Assembly (NCBI GenBank): GCA_963775425.1
Contig: CAVZJB010000016.1
Location: 256,001-320,000 of the forward strand
Reading direction: 5' to 3'
DNA from: an uncultured delta proteobacterium
Lineage (GTDB): Bacteria > Myxococcota > UBA727 > VGSZ01
DNA length: 64,000 bases
Part shown: one piece after another, positions 43,599 to 56,097 of the stretch
Layout of the letters: every line of letters starts with the position of its first letter
Numbering within the stretch: the first letter of the stretch is position 1
Position numbers and translations under genes: made by a program
The notes under the pieces: generated by a model
The model's database searches: none
Seen by the model: the letters and a program-made list of their open reading frames with translations, nothing else
Told to the model about the DNA's origin: nothing

Positions 43599-44204
43599 TC
43601 ACCTCACGAGACGGACGACAGGAGCGAGCGCCGCGAGCACCGCGGTCAACAGGCCGCGGTCGCCGCCCACCGACGCCTTCAGCGTGGTGGGTGAGGCGCC
43701 CGCGAGGACGGCGTCGATGGCCGCGGCGTCGAGGGAGACGGCGAGCACGCGGGTGGCCTCGTCGACCGGCCCGCGGGCCACGCTGTACTTGCCGCTCGCG
43801 CCGGCGCCTTTGATGTCGAAGTCGACGCGGGCGTCGTCGATCTTCTGCACGGCGGCGACGACGACGTCGAGGTCGCCGGGCTTGGGCGCGCGCAGCTTGT
43901 CGAGCTCGGCCTTGAGCTGCGGCGCCGCGGGCAGGCCGTCGACCACCGCCTGCAGCTCACGCTGCAACAGCGCCCAGCCGCCGCGCGGGATGGCCGCGGC
44001 GACCAGGGGGGCCTTGGCGAAGCCCTTCTTGGCCGAGAGCTTCCCGCCGTCGACGACGATGGTGAAGGTGCCCTCCCCCGCCGCCTCGATCTCGAATTCG
44101 ACGCGGGCCTTGGCCCGCAATTCGGGCGGCGGCGCCAGCTTCTCCTCGAGGACGCCGAGCACGGCGGCGTCGAGGGTGGCGGCGAGGGTGTCGGGGATCT
44201 TCAT
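43599..44204 (-). CDS. Hypothetical protein with SCP2-like segments
   Basis: EFEIEAAGEGTFTIVVDGGKL and DFDIKGAG...ASVGGDRGLL; ATGA overlap with the kinase gene. Confidence 0.65.
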   Translation of the reverse strand: MKIPDTLAATLDAAVLGVLEEKLAPPPELRAKARVEFEIEAAGEGTFTIVVDGGKLSAKKGFAKAPLVAAAIPRGGWALLQRELQAVVDGLPAAPQLKAELDKLRAPKPGDLDVVVAAVQKIDDARVDFDIKGAGASGKYSVARGPVDEATRVLAVSLDAAAIDAVLAGASPTTLKASVGGDRGLLTAVLAALAPVVRLVR

Positions 44205-45145
44205 GCGAGGTTGACGTTGCCTTCGAACGCGGAGAGCTGGTGCAAGCGCTGCCAGCGCTGCCCGATCTCCTCGTGGTCGAGCGGCAGCATGCGGTCGAAG
44301 CTGAACTGCTCGACGACGAAGCTGGCCATCACGGTGCCCATCACCATGGCGCGCCGCCACAGCATGTCGTCGGGGACCTCGCCCTTGGACACGTGGCGAT
44401 CGAGCCACCCCATGAAGCCGCCGGCGAAGGTGTCGCCCGCGCCGGTGGGGTCGAAGACGTCCTCGAGGGGGAACGCGGGCACGAACGAGATGTGCTCGCC
44501 GCGGAAGCAAAGCGCGCCGTACTCGCCGCGCTTGACGACGACGTTCAGCGGCCCCATGCGGCCGCCGACGCGCTGGATGGCCCGCGCCGCCTTGACGATG
44601 TTGTGCTCGCCCGAGAACAGGCGCGCCTCGCTCTCGTTCATGAACACCACGTCGACGCCCTTCATGGCCTCCACGAGCGCGCTGCGCTTGGTGTTGATCC
44701 AGAGGTTCATCGAGTCGATGCCGACGAGCCGCGGCTCCTTCACCTGCTCGAGCACGCGGCGCTGGAGGTCCGGGTCGATGTTGGCGAGGAACACCGTCTC
44801 GGCCCGGCGGTACTCGTCGGGCAGCTTGGGGTCGAAGCCCGCGAACACGTTGAGCTGGGTGTCGAGGGTCTGCGCCTCGTTGAGATCGAGGCCGTACTTG
44901 CCCTTCCAGTGGAAGGTCTTTCCGGGCACGCGCAGCAGGCCGGCGGTGTCGATGCCGCGCTTGCCGAGGCCCTTGACGTGGTCCTCGGGGAAGTCCTCGC
45001 CGACGATGGCGCACAGCTTGACGCCCGTGAAGAACGACGCGGACAGCGAGAAGTAGTTGGCGGACCCTCCGAGCGCCTGGTCGCGCTTGCCGTAGGGGGT
45101 CTCGAGGGTATCGAACGCGACGGAGCCGACGACGACGATGCTCAT
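44201..45145 (-). CDS. PfkB-family carbohydrate/nucleoside kinase
   Basis: VGSVAFD, LGGSA, NESEA, VVKRGEYGA, DPTGAGDTFAGG. Confidence 0.93.
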   Translation of the reverse strand: MSIVVVGSVAFDTLETPYGKRDQALGGSANYFSLSASFFTGVKLCAIVGEDFPEDHVKGLGKRGIDTAGLLRVPGKTFHWKGKYGLDLNEAQTLDTQLNVFAGFDPKLPDEYRRAETVFLANIDPDLQRRVLEQVKEPRLVGIDSMNLWINTKRSALVEAMKGVDVVFMNESEARLFSGEHNIVKAARAIQRVGGRMGPLNVVVKRGEYGALCFRGEHISFVPAFPLEDVFDPTGAGDTFAGGFMGWLDRHVSKGEVPDDMLWRRAMVMGTVMASFVVEQFSFDRMLPLDHEEIGQRWQRLHQLSAFEGNVNLA

Positions 45146-45199
45146 TTCTTCACCTTTCCGTACGCCCTCGTCCGAACGCGCACTGTTCTCGAAAAAACC

Positions 45200-46069
45200 T
45201 CACCCGAGCAGGTCGCCGACGATGCCGGCGAGCCTGCGCTTGCTGTCGATGGGCGCCGCGTCTCTCGACGTCATGACGGCGCCGCGCGCGATGTCCGCGA
45301 AGGGGCTCTTGTCGGGCGCGCCCGGCTGCGCCAGCGCCCGCGCCACGCCGCGCACGGCCTCCTGCGCCACCGCCGCGCACTTGTGGAGCACCGCGATGAC
45401 GGCGTCGACGTTGACGGCCTCCTCGCTCTCCTTCCAGCAGTCGTAGTCGGTGGCGAGCGCGAGGGTGGCGTAGCTGAGACCGGCCTCGCGCGCGAGCTTG
45501 GCCTCGGGCACGTTGGTCATGCCGACGACGTCGGCGCCCCACTGCCGGTAGAGCTTGCTCTCGGCGCGGGTGGAGAACGCGGGGCCCTCGATGCACACGT
45601 AGGTGCCGCCGTCGTGCACGGTGGCGCCGGTGGCGCGCGCGGCCGCGAGCAGCAGCGGCCGCAGCGTGGCGCAGACCGGGTCCCCGAACGGCACGTGGCC
45701 GACGACGCCGTCGCCGAAGAACGTGGAGCAGCGCCGCGTGGTGCGGTCGATGAACTGATCGACGACGACGAGGTGCCCGGGGGCGATGGCCTCCTTGAGC
45801 GAGCCCACCGCGCTCACGGAGACGACGAAGGAGCAGCCGAGGTGCTTGAGCGCCCAGATGTTGGCGGCGTACGGGACCTCGGTGGGCAGGAGCCGGTGGC
45901 CGCGCCCGTGGCGGGGCAGGAAGGCCACGCGGGTGCCTTCGAGGGTGCCGAGGATGAGGTCGTCCGAGGGCATGCCCCACGGAGTCTCCACGGCGGCGCG
46001 CTCGACGTCGGCGATGCCGCTCATGTCGTACAGGCCGCTGCCGCCGATGACACCCAGGTGCGCTTGCAT
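45200..46069 (-). CDS. mtnP: S-methyl-5'-thioadenosine phosphorylase
   Basis: GVIGGSGLY, RHGRGH, YAANIWALK, EGPAFSTRAES, GMTNVPEAKLARE, TDYDCW. Confidence 0.95.
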   Translation of the reverse strand: MQAHLGVIGGSGLYDMSGIADVERAAVETPWGMPSDDLILGTLEGTRVAFLPRHGRGHRLLPTEVPYAANIWALKHLGCSFVVSVSAVGSLKEAIAPGHLVVVDQFIDRTTRRCSTFFGDGVVGHVPFGDPVCATLRPLLLAAARATGATVHDGGTYVCIEGPAFSTRAESKLYRQWGADVVGMTNVPEAKLAREAGLSYATLALATDYDCWKESEEAVNVDAVIAVLHKCAAVAQEAVRGVARALAQPGAPDKSPFADIARGAVMTSRDAAPIDSKRRLAGIVGDLLG

Positions 46070-46101
46070 GGCGCCGTCGGTATCGCAGGACGCGCGATCG
46101 T

Positions 46102-46836
46102 TCAACGCTCGATGCGGCCCACGTCCGTCGAAGCGAGCGGCTGCGGCGCCGCGAGCGGCCGCGGCAGCTCGGCGGGGTCCTTCGCGTCGCGCTCGGCGCC
46201 GGCGGCGCGGGCGATGCGGGCGGCGAGGTCGCCGTTCCACGCGATCACCGCGTCGCGGTACGTGGCGGCGGCGGCTGCGTGAGCGACGGGCTCGACGAGC
46301 ACCTTCTCGAGGATGAGCGCAGGCAGCATCAGGCTGATGCCGAGGGCGGTCCCCATGCTCATGGCGTTCGCGAGGCCCCCGCCTCCGCTCGCCGAGCCCG
46401 AGGCCGGCGCGGCCAACGACAGCACCGCGCCGAGCCCGACGCCGGAGAGGAACCCGGTGGCCACGGCCACGCCGGGGCCGATCCGGGTGACGCCGCGATC
46501 AACGGCGACCTCCGGCGCGAGCATGTGCTCCTGCGCCACGTGGGACGCGGAGACGAACAGCACCGCGGCGTCGTCGTACGCGGGGGTGGAGACCTCGGCG
46601 CACGCCCGGTGCGTCTCACGCGCGACGACGGTGGGCGTCACGCCCGGGCGGCGGATGGTGCCGTCCTCGAGGGTGAGCTCGTAGCGGCGCTGGAGCGCCG
46701 CGCGGGCGCCTGCGCTCCCGTCGTTTCGCAGCTCGTCGTCGAGCGGCGGCAAGCCGATGGAGGTGGTGCGGCACGCGGTGGCCGCGAGCGCGGCCACGAG
46801 CAGGACTCCGGTGGGTGACAAGCGGTGCAAAACCAT
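46102..46836 (-). CDS. Hypothetical lipoprotein with two Gly-rich hydrophobic helices
   Basis: LAATAC lipobox; hydrophobic hairpin near the C-terminus. Confidence 0.65.
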   Translation of the reverse strand: MVLHRLSPTGVLLVAALAATACRTTSIGLPPLDDELRNDGSAGARAALQRRYELTLEDGTIRRPGVTPTVVARETHRACAEVSTPAYDDAAVLFVSASHVAQEHMLAPEVAVDRGVTRIGPGVAVATGFLSGVGLGAVLSLAAPASGSASGGGGLANAMSMGTALGISLMLPALILEKVLVEPVAHAAAAATYRDAVIAWNGDLAARIARAAGAERDAKDPAELPRPLAAPQPLASTDVGRIER

Positions 46837-47073
46837 CGTGGCCTCGGGGCGACAAGGATGGCGCCTCGCCGGCCTCCCCGCACGCGGAACCTCGGCGCGC
46901 CTCATCGGCCTGACGGCGGACGCGTCGCCCCGCGTCGTCCGCGACGCGCCGCGACAACAGGCGAGCGTGGACGGCCAGCGCGTGCGACTCGCGGTCACGG
47001 CAGCGGTCGCGGTCTGTGCCGTCCCTCACCGTGACCGCGTGCGGCGTCCCCACGCTCGCAACCTGATCGGTTT

Positions 47074-48255
47074 CTAGTCCACCACCGGCAGCGACGCGCG
47101 GCGCGCCTCGTCGAGCTTCTTGGCGCCGAGCATCCCGCAGGCGGCATCGATGTCGAGGCCGCGGGTGGTGCGCACGAAGCACGACACATGGGCGCGGTCG
47201 AGGATGCGGCGGAAGCTCTCCACGCGCTGGTCGTCGGGGCGCTCGAAGGGGGAGAGCGGGTGCGGGTTGAAGGGGATGAGGTTCACCTTGGTGGGCATGC
47301 CCTTGAGGAGGGACACCACACGGCGGGCGTCGTCGTCGCTGTCGTTGACGCCCTTCAGGAGCACGTACTCGAAGGTGATGCGGCGCCGCGGCTTGAGCGG
47401 GAACGCGCGGCAGGCCTCCAGGAGCGCAGCGATGTCCCAGCGCTTGTCGACGGGCATGATGCTGCGGCGCACCTCGTCGGTGCTGGCGTTCAAGCTGACC
47501 GCGAGGTGCACGTCGGTCTCCACGCCGAGCCGGGCGATGGCGGGGACGAGGCCGGACGTGGAGACGGTGATGCGCCGCGGGCTCATCGCGGGCCCTTGCG
47601 GGTGCGTGAGCAGCCCGATGGCCGCGATGACACCGTCGACGTTGTGCAGCGGCTCGCCCATGCCCATGAACACGATGTTGCGCGGGAGCGCGCCCGCGGG
47701 CTTTGCGTCGTCCTCGTCGTCGTCGGCGTCGAAGGGGCCGGCAGGGGCGGCGGCCGGCGCACGACCCTTGGCGTCGTCGCCGAGATCGCGGCACACGGCG
47801 TAGAGCTGGCCGACAATCTCGCCGGGCGAGAGGTCGCGCACGAGCTTGAGCGACGCCGTCGCGCAGAAGGTGCAGCCCATGGCGCAGCCGACCTGGCTCG
47901 AGATGCACAGGGCGTTTCTGCCGGGGCCCGAGGCGTCCGGGATCCACACCGCCTCGACCGCGTGGCCGTCGTGCGTCGTCAGCCGGTACTTGCGGGTGCC
48001 GTCGCGGGCGACGCGCACCTCGTCCACGGTGGGGCTGTGCAAGGCCGCGCGCTCGGCCAGCCGCTCGCGGAGCACGCGCGGAAGGTCGGTCATCTCCTCG
48101 AACGACGAGGCCATTCGCTGATGGAGCCACGCGAAGATCTGCCGCGCGCGAAACGAGCGTTCGCCGAGCGCGCGCACGAACCCCTCTAGCTCCGAGGGAG
48201 CCATCGCGAGTAGATCGGCGCGCTCCGATCGATCTGTCCCTGGGGTGCCGTACAT
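47074..48255 (-). CDS. rlmN: Dual-specificity 23S rRNA/tRNA m2A methyltransferase
   Basis: CISSQVGCAMGCTFC, FMGMGEPL, VSTSG, SLNA, FEYVLL, DIDAACG. Confidence 0.95.
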   Translation of the reverse strand: MYGTPGTDRSERADLLAMAPSELEGFVRALGERSFRARQIFAWLHQRMASSFEEMTDLPRVLRERLAERAALHSPTVDEVRVARDGTRKYRLTTHDGHAVEAVWIPDASGPGRNALCISSQVGCAMGCTFCATASLKLVRDLSPGEIVGQLYAVCRDLGDDAKGRAPAAAPAGPFDADDDEDDAKPAGALPRNIVFMGMGEPLHNVDGVIAAIGLLTHPQGPAMSPRRITVSTSGLVPAIARLGVETDVHLAVSLNASTDEVRRSIMPVDKRWDIAALLEACRAFPLKPRRRITFEYVLLKGVNDSDDDARRVVSLLKGMPTKVNLIPFNPHPLSPFERPDDQRVESFRRILDRAHVSCFVRTTRGLDIDAACGMLGAKKLDEARRASLPVVD

Positions 48256-48319
48256 GGGTCAGGCAAGGCGTATCCGCCCCAGGCGGCCCCGCCAACCCCG
48301 ACCACACATGGAGTCGACG

Positions 48320-50056
<1,737 letters not shown>

Positions 50057-50144
50057 CCCGCGCGCGCGCCTGGCGGCGCTCGAGAGCCCCGGCACGCGGG
50101 CGGCGCCGTCGCCGCCGCCCGCGTCGACGCGGCCCGCACGGCAC

Positions 50145-50260
50145 GTAGGCCGCCCATCTTGTGGGGCGCGTCGGAGGCACCGGCAACGTCCGCCTGGGCT
50201 CTCCGTCGCGGGGGACAAGCCCCCGCCCTACGGGGCGTCGGGGGACAGGTCCCGCCGTAC
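50145..50260. repeat. Cluster of GTAG-type REP-like palindromes in inverted arrangement
   Basis: GTAGGCCGCCCATCTTGTGGGGCG (+, from 50145); GTAGGGCGGGGGCTTGTCCCCCGC (-, 50231-50208); degenerate GTACGGCGGGACCTGTCCCCC (-, 50260-50240). Confidence 0.55.
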
Positions 50261-50283
50261 GGGACGTCGACGCAGCCGACGTC

Positions 50284-50332
50284 GAGCCCCGCTGCCCGAG
50301 GCGTGGATGCTCCGCGCCGGGGCTCTTCTTTT
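50284..50332 (+). terminator. Putative intrinsic terminator
   Basis: GAGCCCCG...CGGGGCTC stem with inner hairpin, followed by TTCTTTT. Confidence 0.6.
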
Positions 50333-50432
50333 GTCCGTGCAATCGTCACCGCTGGGGCATGGCGCCACTGTAGGAGGTTGTCGTACCCCGCCAGGCCGGC
50401 TAGAGGGGGCCAGGCTTTTCCTCGAGGACATC

Positions 50433-53111
50433 ATGTTTTTGCGAATCACCCTCCTCTTCTCGCTGCTGGCGCCGCTGGCGTTCGGCGCGTGCACCTGTGG
50501 CACCGGCACCCCGGAGAACACCCCCGAAATCTGCGACAACCGCGACGACGACGACAACGACGGCGCCGTGGACTGCGAGGACTCGGACTGCGCCAACGAC
50601 CCGGCGTGTCAGCTCCTCGGCGAAGGCGAGGGTGAGGGCGAGGGCGAAGGCGAGGGCGAAGGCGAGGGCGAGGGCGAGCAGCCGGTCTGCGGCGACGGCG
50701 TCGCCACCGGCGCCGAGCAGTGCGACGGGACGGACCTGCGCGGCGCGAGCTGCGCCAGCCTCGGCTTCGCCGGCGGCAACCTCGGCTGCAACGTGGCCTG
50801 CTCCTTCAACACCAACGGCTGCTCCGGCGGCGGCGAAGGCGAAGGCGAAGGCGAGGGCGAGGGCGAGGGCGAAGGCGAAGGCGAGATCGGCGCCGCCGCC
50901 CAGGCCGTCTGCGACCACGTCATCACCGACTGCGGCGCGGCCCTCGACCCGGCCACGTGCGCGTCCGACGAGCAGGGCGGGCTCGACGCCGCCCGCGGCG
51001 TCGGCGACGCCACCTGCAACAGCGCCGCCGACGCGCTCGAGGCCCTCCTCACCTGCGAGTCCACCGCCGCGTGCACGGACCTGCAAAACGGCACCGACTG
51101 CCCCACGGAGTCCGCCGCCCTCGACGACCTCGTGAACAACGGCGCCGCGCCCTGCTTCGACGGCAACCCCCCGGTCACCATCCCGCCGGAGTGGACCTGC
51201 CCCGCGGCGTTCTTCGGCTCCGGTGACGGCTGCGACTGCGGCTGCGGCGCGCTCGACCCCGACTGCCAGGCCGACAGCCAGACCGACGGCTGCGCCGACC
51301 CGGGCTGCGGCATCGACAGCGTCGTCGACGGCTGCAGCTTCTGCTACGCCGACGCGGCCGCCGCCGCCGCCGGCACCGACACCGCTTGCGCCGACGGCGG
51401 CGAGGGCGAAGGCGAAGGCGAAGGCGAGGGCGAGGGCGAGGGCGAAGGCGAAGGCGAAGGCGAGCCCATCGTCGACGAAGCCAACAACACCCCGCAGACG
51501 GCCACCCCGTTCGGCAACCTCCCGGGCACCCAGGTGTTCGACCTCAACCCCGCCGGCGACATCGACTGCTGGTCGTTCACGCTCGCCAACGCCTCGCTCG
51601 TGTCCTTCGTGATGACCGACGGCACCAACAACGCCTGCCTGTCGCCGTACGACCCGGTGCTCGACCTCTTCGACTCGAGCTTCAACCCCGTCACCGAGAT
51701 CGACGACAGCAACGGCGGCGCCGACCGCTGCGGCGACGCCGCGGGCGTCGCGCTCCCGGCGGGCACGTTCGAGGCGTGCGTGGCGGACTTCGATCCCACG
51801 GGCGGAAACGGCGACAACACCGAGCTCGGCGTCACCCTCACCATCAGCGCCAGCGACGCGCCGGGCAACGACGAAGCCGGCAACACGCCGGAGACGGCCA
51901 CGCCCCTCGGGCCGCTCCCCGCCAACAAGACCTTCAACCTCGACCCCGCGGGCGACGTCGACTGCTGGTCCTTCGACCTGGCGCTCGACTCCACCGTCGA
52001 CATCGTCACCGACAACGGCAGCAACACCTGCAGCACCGCCAGCTTCGACACCGACGTCTTCCTGTTCGACAGCGCCGGGCAGCAGATCACCGAGGTCGAC
52101 GACACGGGCGGCCCCGGCGGCGACGCGTGCGGCGACATCCTCGGCCAGGACCTGGCCGCGGGCTCGTACGAGGTGTGCGTGCACGAGTTCCTCGACGACG
52201 ACACGCTGACCGGCGTCACCCTCGCCGTCACCGCCACCGCGGGCGACGACTTCGGCGGCCTGCAGAACCCCACCCGCGAGGAGTTCCCCTTCCCCGACCA
52301 GCTCGTGGCCAACCTCGACTTCGCCGGCGACCAGGACTGCTTCGCGGTCACCACGCCCGTGGTCGGCTCCGTGGTGTTCCTCACGGACAACGGCCCGCCG
52401 AGCTTCAACGGCTGCCCCGGTGACACGCAGCTCACGCTGTTCGACGACACCGGCGCCGTGGTCGATCAGAACGACGATGACACCACCGGCGGCAACAGCC
52501 CGTGCTCGTTCATGTTCACCGACGTCGACGCCGGCAGCTACACGGTGTGCGTCGACGCCTTCAACGGCACCGACCTCATCAGCGGCATCGGCGTCTTCGG
52601 CGACTTCGTCCCCGGCCTGCTCATCAGCGAGGTCGCGGACCCGGCCACGCCGTCCTCGGGCGGGGCGCGCTTCGTCGAGCTGCTGAACGTCACCAGCGTC
52701 GACGGCACCTTGAAGAGCACCAACCTGCAGCGCTTCTCCAACGGCCGCGACACCTCGACCCCCGTCGCCATCCCCGACGGCTCGGTGGTGCCCGCGGGCG
52801 GCCGGTTCGTCATCGCCAACAACCGCGCGGACTTCGAGGCCGACTTCGGCACCGGCGTCGCGGACATCTTCACCGCGGGCGTCTCCGGCAACGGCAACGA
52901 CGTGTACCTGCTGCGCGCCAACGGCGTCGACATCGACATCTTCGGCCGCGTCGGCGAGGGCGGCGCCGCCGGGTTCGATTGGGACTACACAAACGGCGTG
53001 GCCACCCGCGGCGCCGGCGTCGTCGCTCCCACCACCACGTTCGACGTCACCGAGTGGACCATCAAGCAGGACGCCGTGGTGCCCGACGACTTCTCGCCCG
53101 GCGCCCCGTGA
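50433..53111 (+). CDS. Surface lipoprotein paralog: Cys-rich modules, three (GE)n tracts, three PPC/DVUA0089-like domains, lamin tail domain
   Basis: AFGAC lipobox; EICDNRDDDDNDGAVDCEDSDC; CGDG...EQCDG; WTCPAAFFGSGDGCDCGCGALDPDC; AGDxDC(W/F) three times; LISEVADP...RFVELLN; GE tracts 50619-50678, 50832-50885, 51399-51464. Confidence 0.88.
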   Translation: MFLRITLLFSLLAPLAFGACTCGTGTPENTPEICDNRDDDDNDGAVDCEDSDCANDPACQLLGEGEGEGEGEGEGEGEGEGEQPVCGDGVATGAEQCDGTDLRGASCASLGFAGGNLGCNVACSFNTNGCSGGGEGEGEGEGEGEGEGEGEIGAAAQAVCDHVITDCGAALDPATCASDEQGGLDAARGVGDATCNSAADALEALLTCESTAACTDLQNGTDCPTESAALDDLVNNGAAPCFDGNPPVTIPPEWTCPAAFFGSGDGCDCGCGALDPDCQADSQTDGCADPGCGIDSVVDGCSFCYADAAAAAAGTDTACADGGEGEGEGEGEGEGEGEGEGEGEPIVDEANNTPQTATPFGNLPGTQVFDLNPAGDIDCWSFTLANASLVSFVMTDGTNNACLSPYDPVLDLFDSSFNPVTEIDDSNGGADRCGDAAGVALPAGTFEACVADFDPTGGNGDNTELGVTLTISASDAPGNDEAGNTPETATPLGPLPANKTFNLDPAGDVDCWSFDLALDSTVDIVTDNGSNTCSTASFDTDVFLFDSAGQQITEVDDTGGPGGDACGDILGQDLAAGSYEVCVHEFLDDDTLTGVTLAVTATAGDDFGGLQNPTREEFPFPDQLVANLDFAGDQDCFAVTTPVVGSVVFLTDNGPPSFNGCPGDTQLTLFDDTGAVVDQNDDDTTGGNSPCSFMFTDVDAGSYTVCVDAFNGTDLISGIGVFGDFVPGLLISEVADPATPSSGGARFVELLNVTSVDGTLKSTNLQRFSNGRDTSTPVAIPDGSVVPAGGRFVIANNRADFEADFGTGVADIFTAGVSGNGNDVYLLRANGVDIDIFGRVGEGGAAGFDWDYTNGVATRGAGVVAPTTTFDVTEWTIKQDAVVPDDFSPGAP

Positions 53112-53938
53112 GCCGAACGTCGCTCGTCGCCGTCGGTCAGATGACGTCGACGAGCGACGTCGACAACAACGTCGCCCTGTGCGCCGAGCTCGCCGAGCGA
53201 GCTCGGACGCGCGGGGCGGCGCTGTTGTGTCTGCCGGAGTGCTTCGCCTTCATGGGGGCCTCGGACGCGGACACCCGCCGCGTGATGGAGCCGCTCGACG
53301 GGCCGCTGTTCGCGCGCTTCCGCGAGGTCGCGCGCGAGGCGGGCATCTGGGTGAGCTTCGGCGGCTTCCCCGAGAAGATCGACGACGAGCACAACCACAA
53401 CGCCCACGTCGTCGTAGACGACACCGGCGCGGTGCGCGCGGTGTACCGCAAGATCCACCTGTTCGACGTCACGCTGCCGTCGGGCACCGTGTACCGCGAG
53501 AGCGCGGTCACGCAGTCCGGCGGCGACGTCGTCGTCACCGATAGCCCCGCGGGGCGCCTGGGCCTCAGCGTCTGCTACGACCTGCGCTTCCCCGAGCTCT
53601 ACCGCGGCCTCGCCGATCCCGCGCGCGACGGCCGCGGCGCCCAGGTGTTGCTCGTGCCCGCCGCGTTCACGCTGGTGACGGGCAAGGAGCACTGGGAGGC
53701 GCTGCTGCGCGCCCGCGCCATCGAGAACCAGTGCTACGTCGTCGCCGCCGCGCAGACCGGGCACCACAACGACAGGCGGGACACGTTCGGGCACGCCATG
53801 GTCGTCGACCCGTGGGGCACCGTCGTCGCCCAGTGTCGCGACGGCCTCGGCGTCGCGTTCGCGGAGATCGACCTCGACTTCCTCGACGACGTCCGCGCGC
53901 GCCTCCCCGTGTGGAGCCACCGGCGCTCCCTGCCCTGA
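53108..53938 (+). CDS. Carbon-nitrogen hydrolase, Nit1-like (deaminated glutathione amidase)
   Basis: LPECF, YRKIHLFDV, VCYDLRFPE triad motifs; HWEALLRARAIENQCYVVAAAQ; GTGA overlap with upstream stop. Confidence 0.92.
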   Translation: MSRTSLVAVGQMTSTSDVDNNVALCAELAERARTRGAALLCLPECFAFMGASDADTRRVMEPLDGPLFARFREVAREAGIWVSFGGFPEKIDDEHNHNAHVVVDDTGAVRAVYRKIHLFDVTLPSGTVYRESAVTQSGGDVVVTDSPAGRLGLSVCYDLRFPELYRGLADPARDGRGAQVLLVPAAFTLVTGKEHWEALLRARAIENQCYVVAAAQTGHHNDRRDTFGHAMVVDPWGTVVAQCRDGLGVAFAEIDLDFLDDVRARLPVWSHRRSLP

Positions 53939-54034
53939 GCCGCAGAGGGGCACATCGCACACCGGCGCGAGGCGCTTCCCGATCCGGGTCGGGGGCGCTA
54001 AGCGGGGCGCACACCCGTTTCAACCCCGGAGACG

Positions 54035-55467
<1,433 letters not shown>

Positions 55468-55471
<4 letters not shown>

Positions 55472-55950
55472 AAGGCTGACGAAAAATATCGCTCGGTGCA
55501 GCACTCGGCGAAGCCGCCCACAAGGTGGCTCGCCGCGCGGAGTACGTGGCGAGGCACGTCGGCGCGGACTTCAGGCGGTGAGCTTCGCGAGGTTCTGCAG
55601 CAGGTTGAAGGCCACGGCTGCCATCAGGGTGAGGAGCTTGTCGAACGCGGCGCCGTGATCGACGCGGAACCTGGCGATGACGTCGTGCGCCGACGATAAA
55701 ACGGAAGGCGTCGTCGTTCGTCGTCAGCCGCGCGATCTCCCGGGCGCTCCCGATCCTTGGCCTATCGCGTACAGCCACAGCGTCAGGAGCATCCGCGGGC
55801 TCGTCATCGGGCGCCCACCGCCAAGCTGCACGGCCTTGGCGCTCGCTGTGAACCCGTCGAGGTCGCGCCCACCGAGCACACGGTCGATCAGGCGAGCCAG
55901 GGGCTCGGGGCCGATGAGGTCGTCCACGGCCTGGGTCTTCAGCTTGGGCG
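55468..55950 (-). mobile_element. Degenerate, internally deleted IS1182-family-like element with one intact-looking end
   Basis: Transposase fragments GRPMTSPRMLLTLWLYA / IGSAREIARLTTNDDAFRFIVG / IARFRVDHGAAFDKLL joined to a C-terminal-like LMAAVAFNLLQN; end sequence TTTTTCGTCAGCCT on the minus strand. Confidence 0.8.
55571..55945 (-). pseudogene. Transposase pseudogene (DUF772-type N-terminus, frameshifted, catalytic domain deleted)
   Basis: Fragments lie in different frames (ORFs 55724..55927 and 55347..56063 plus hand translation); only about 120 codons remain. Confidence 0.8.
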
Positions 55951-56097
55951 CTCGGAATCAGCGAAGGCGAGACAACGTCGCCACCGCCGGAGCTCCTTTC
56001 CGCTCCGCCGTGGCTCGGATCAACGGTCCATCGGGCTCCCCGCGGCCCCTCCGCCGCACACATTGGCAGCCGCTGCCCGCCGCACTACCCCGCAGGG

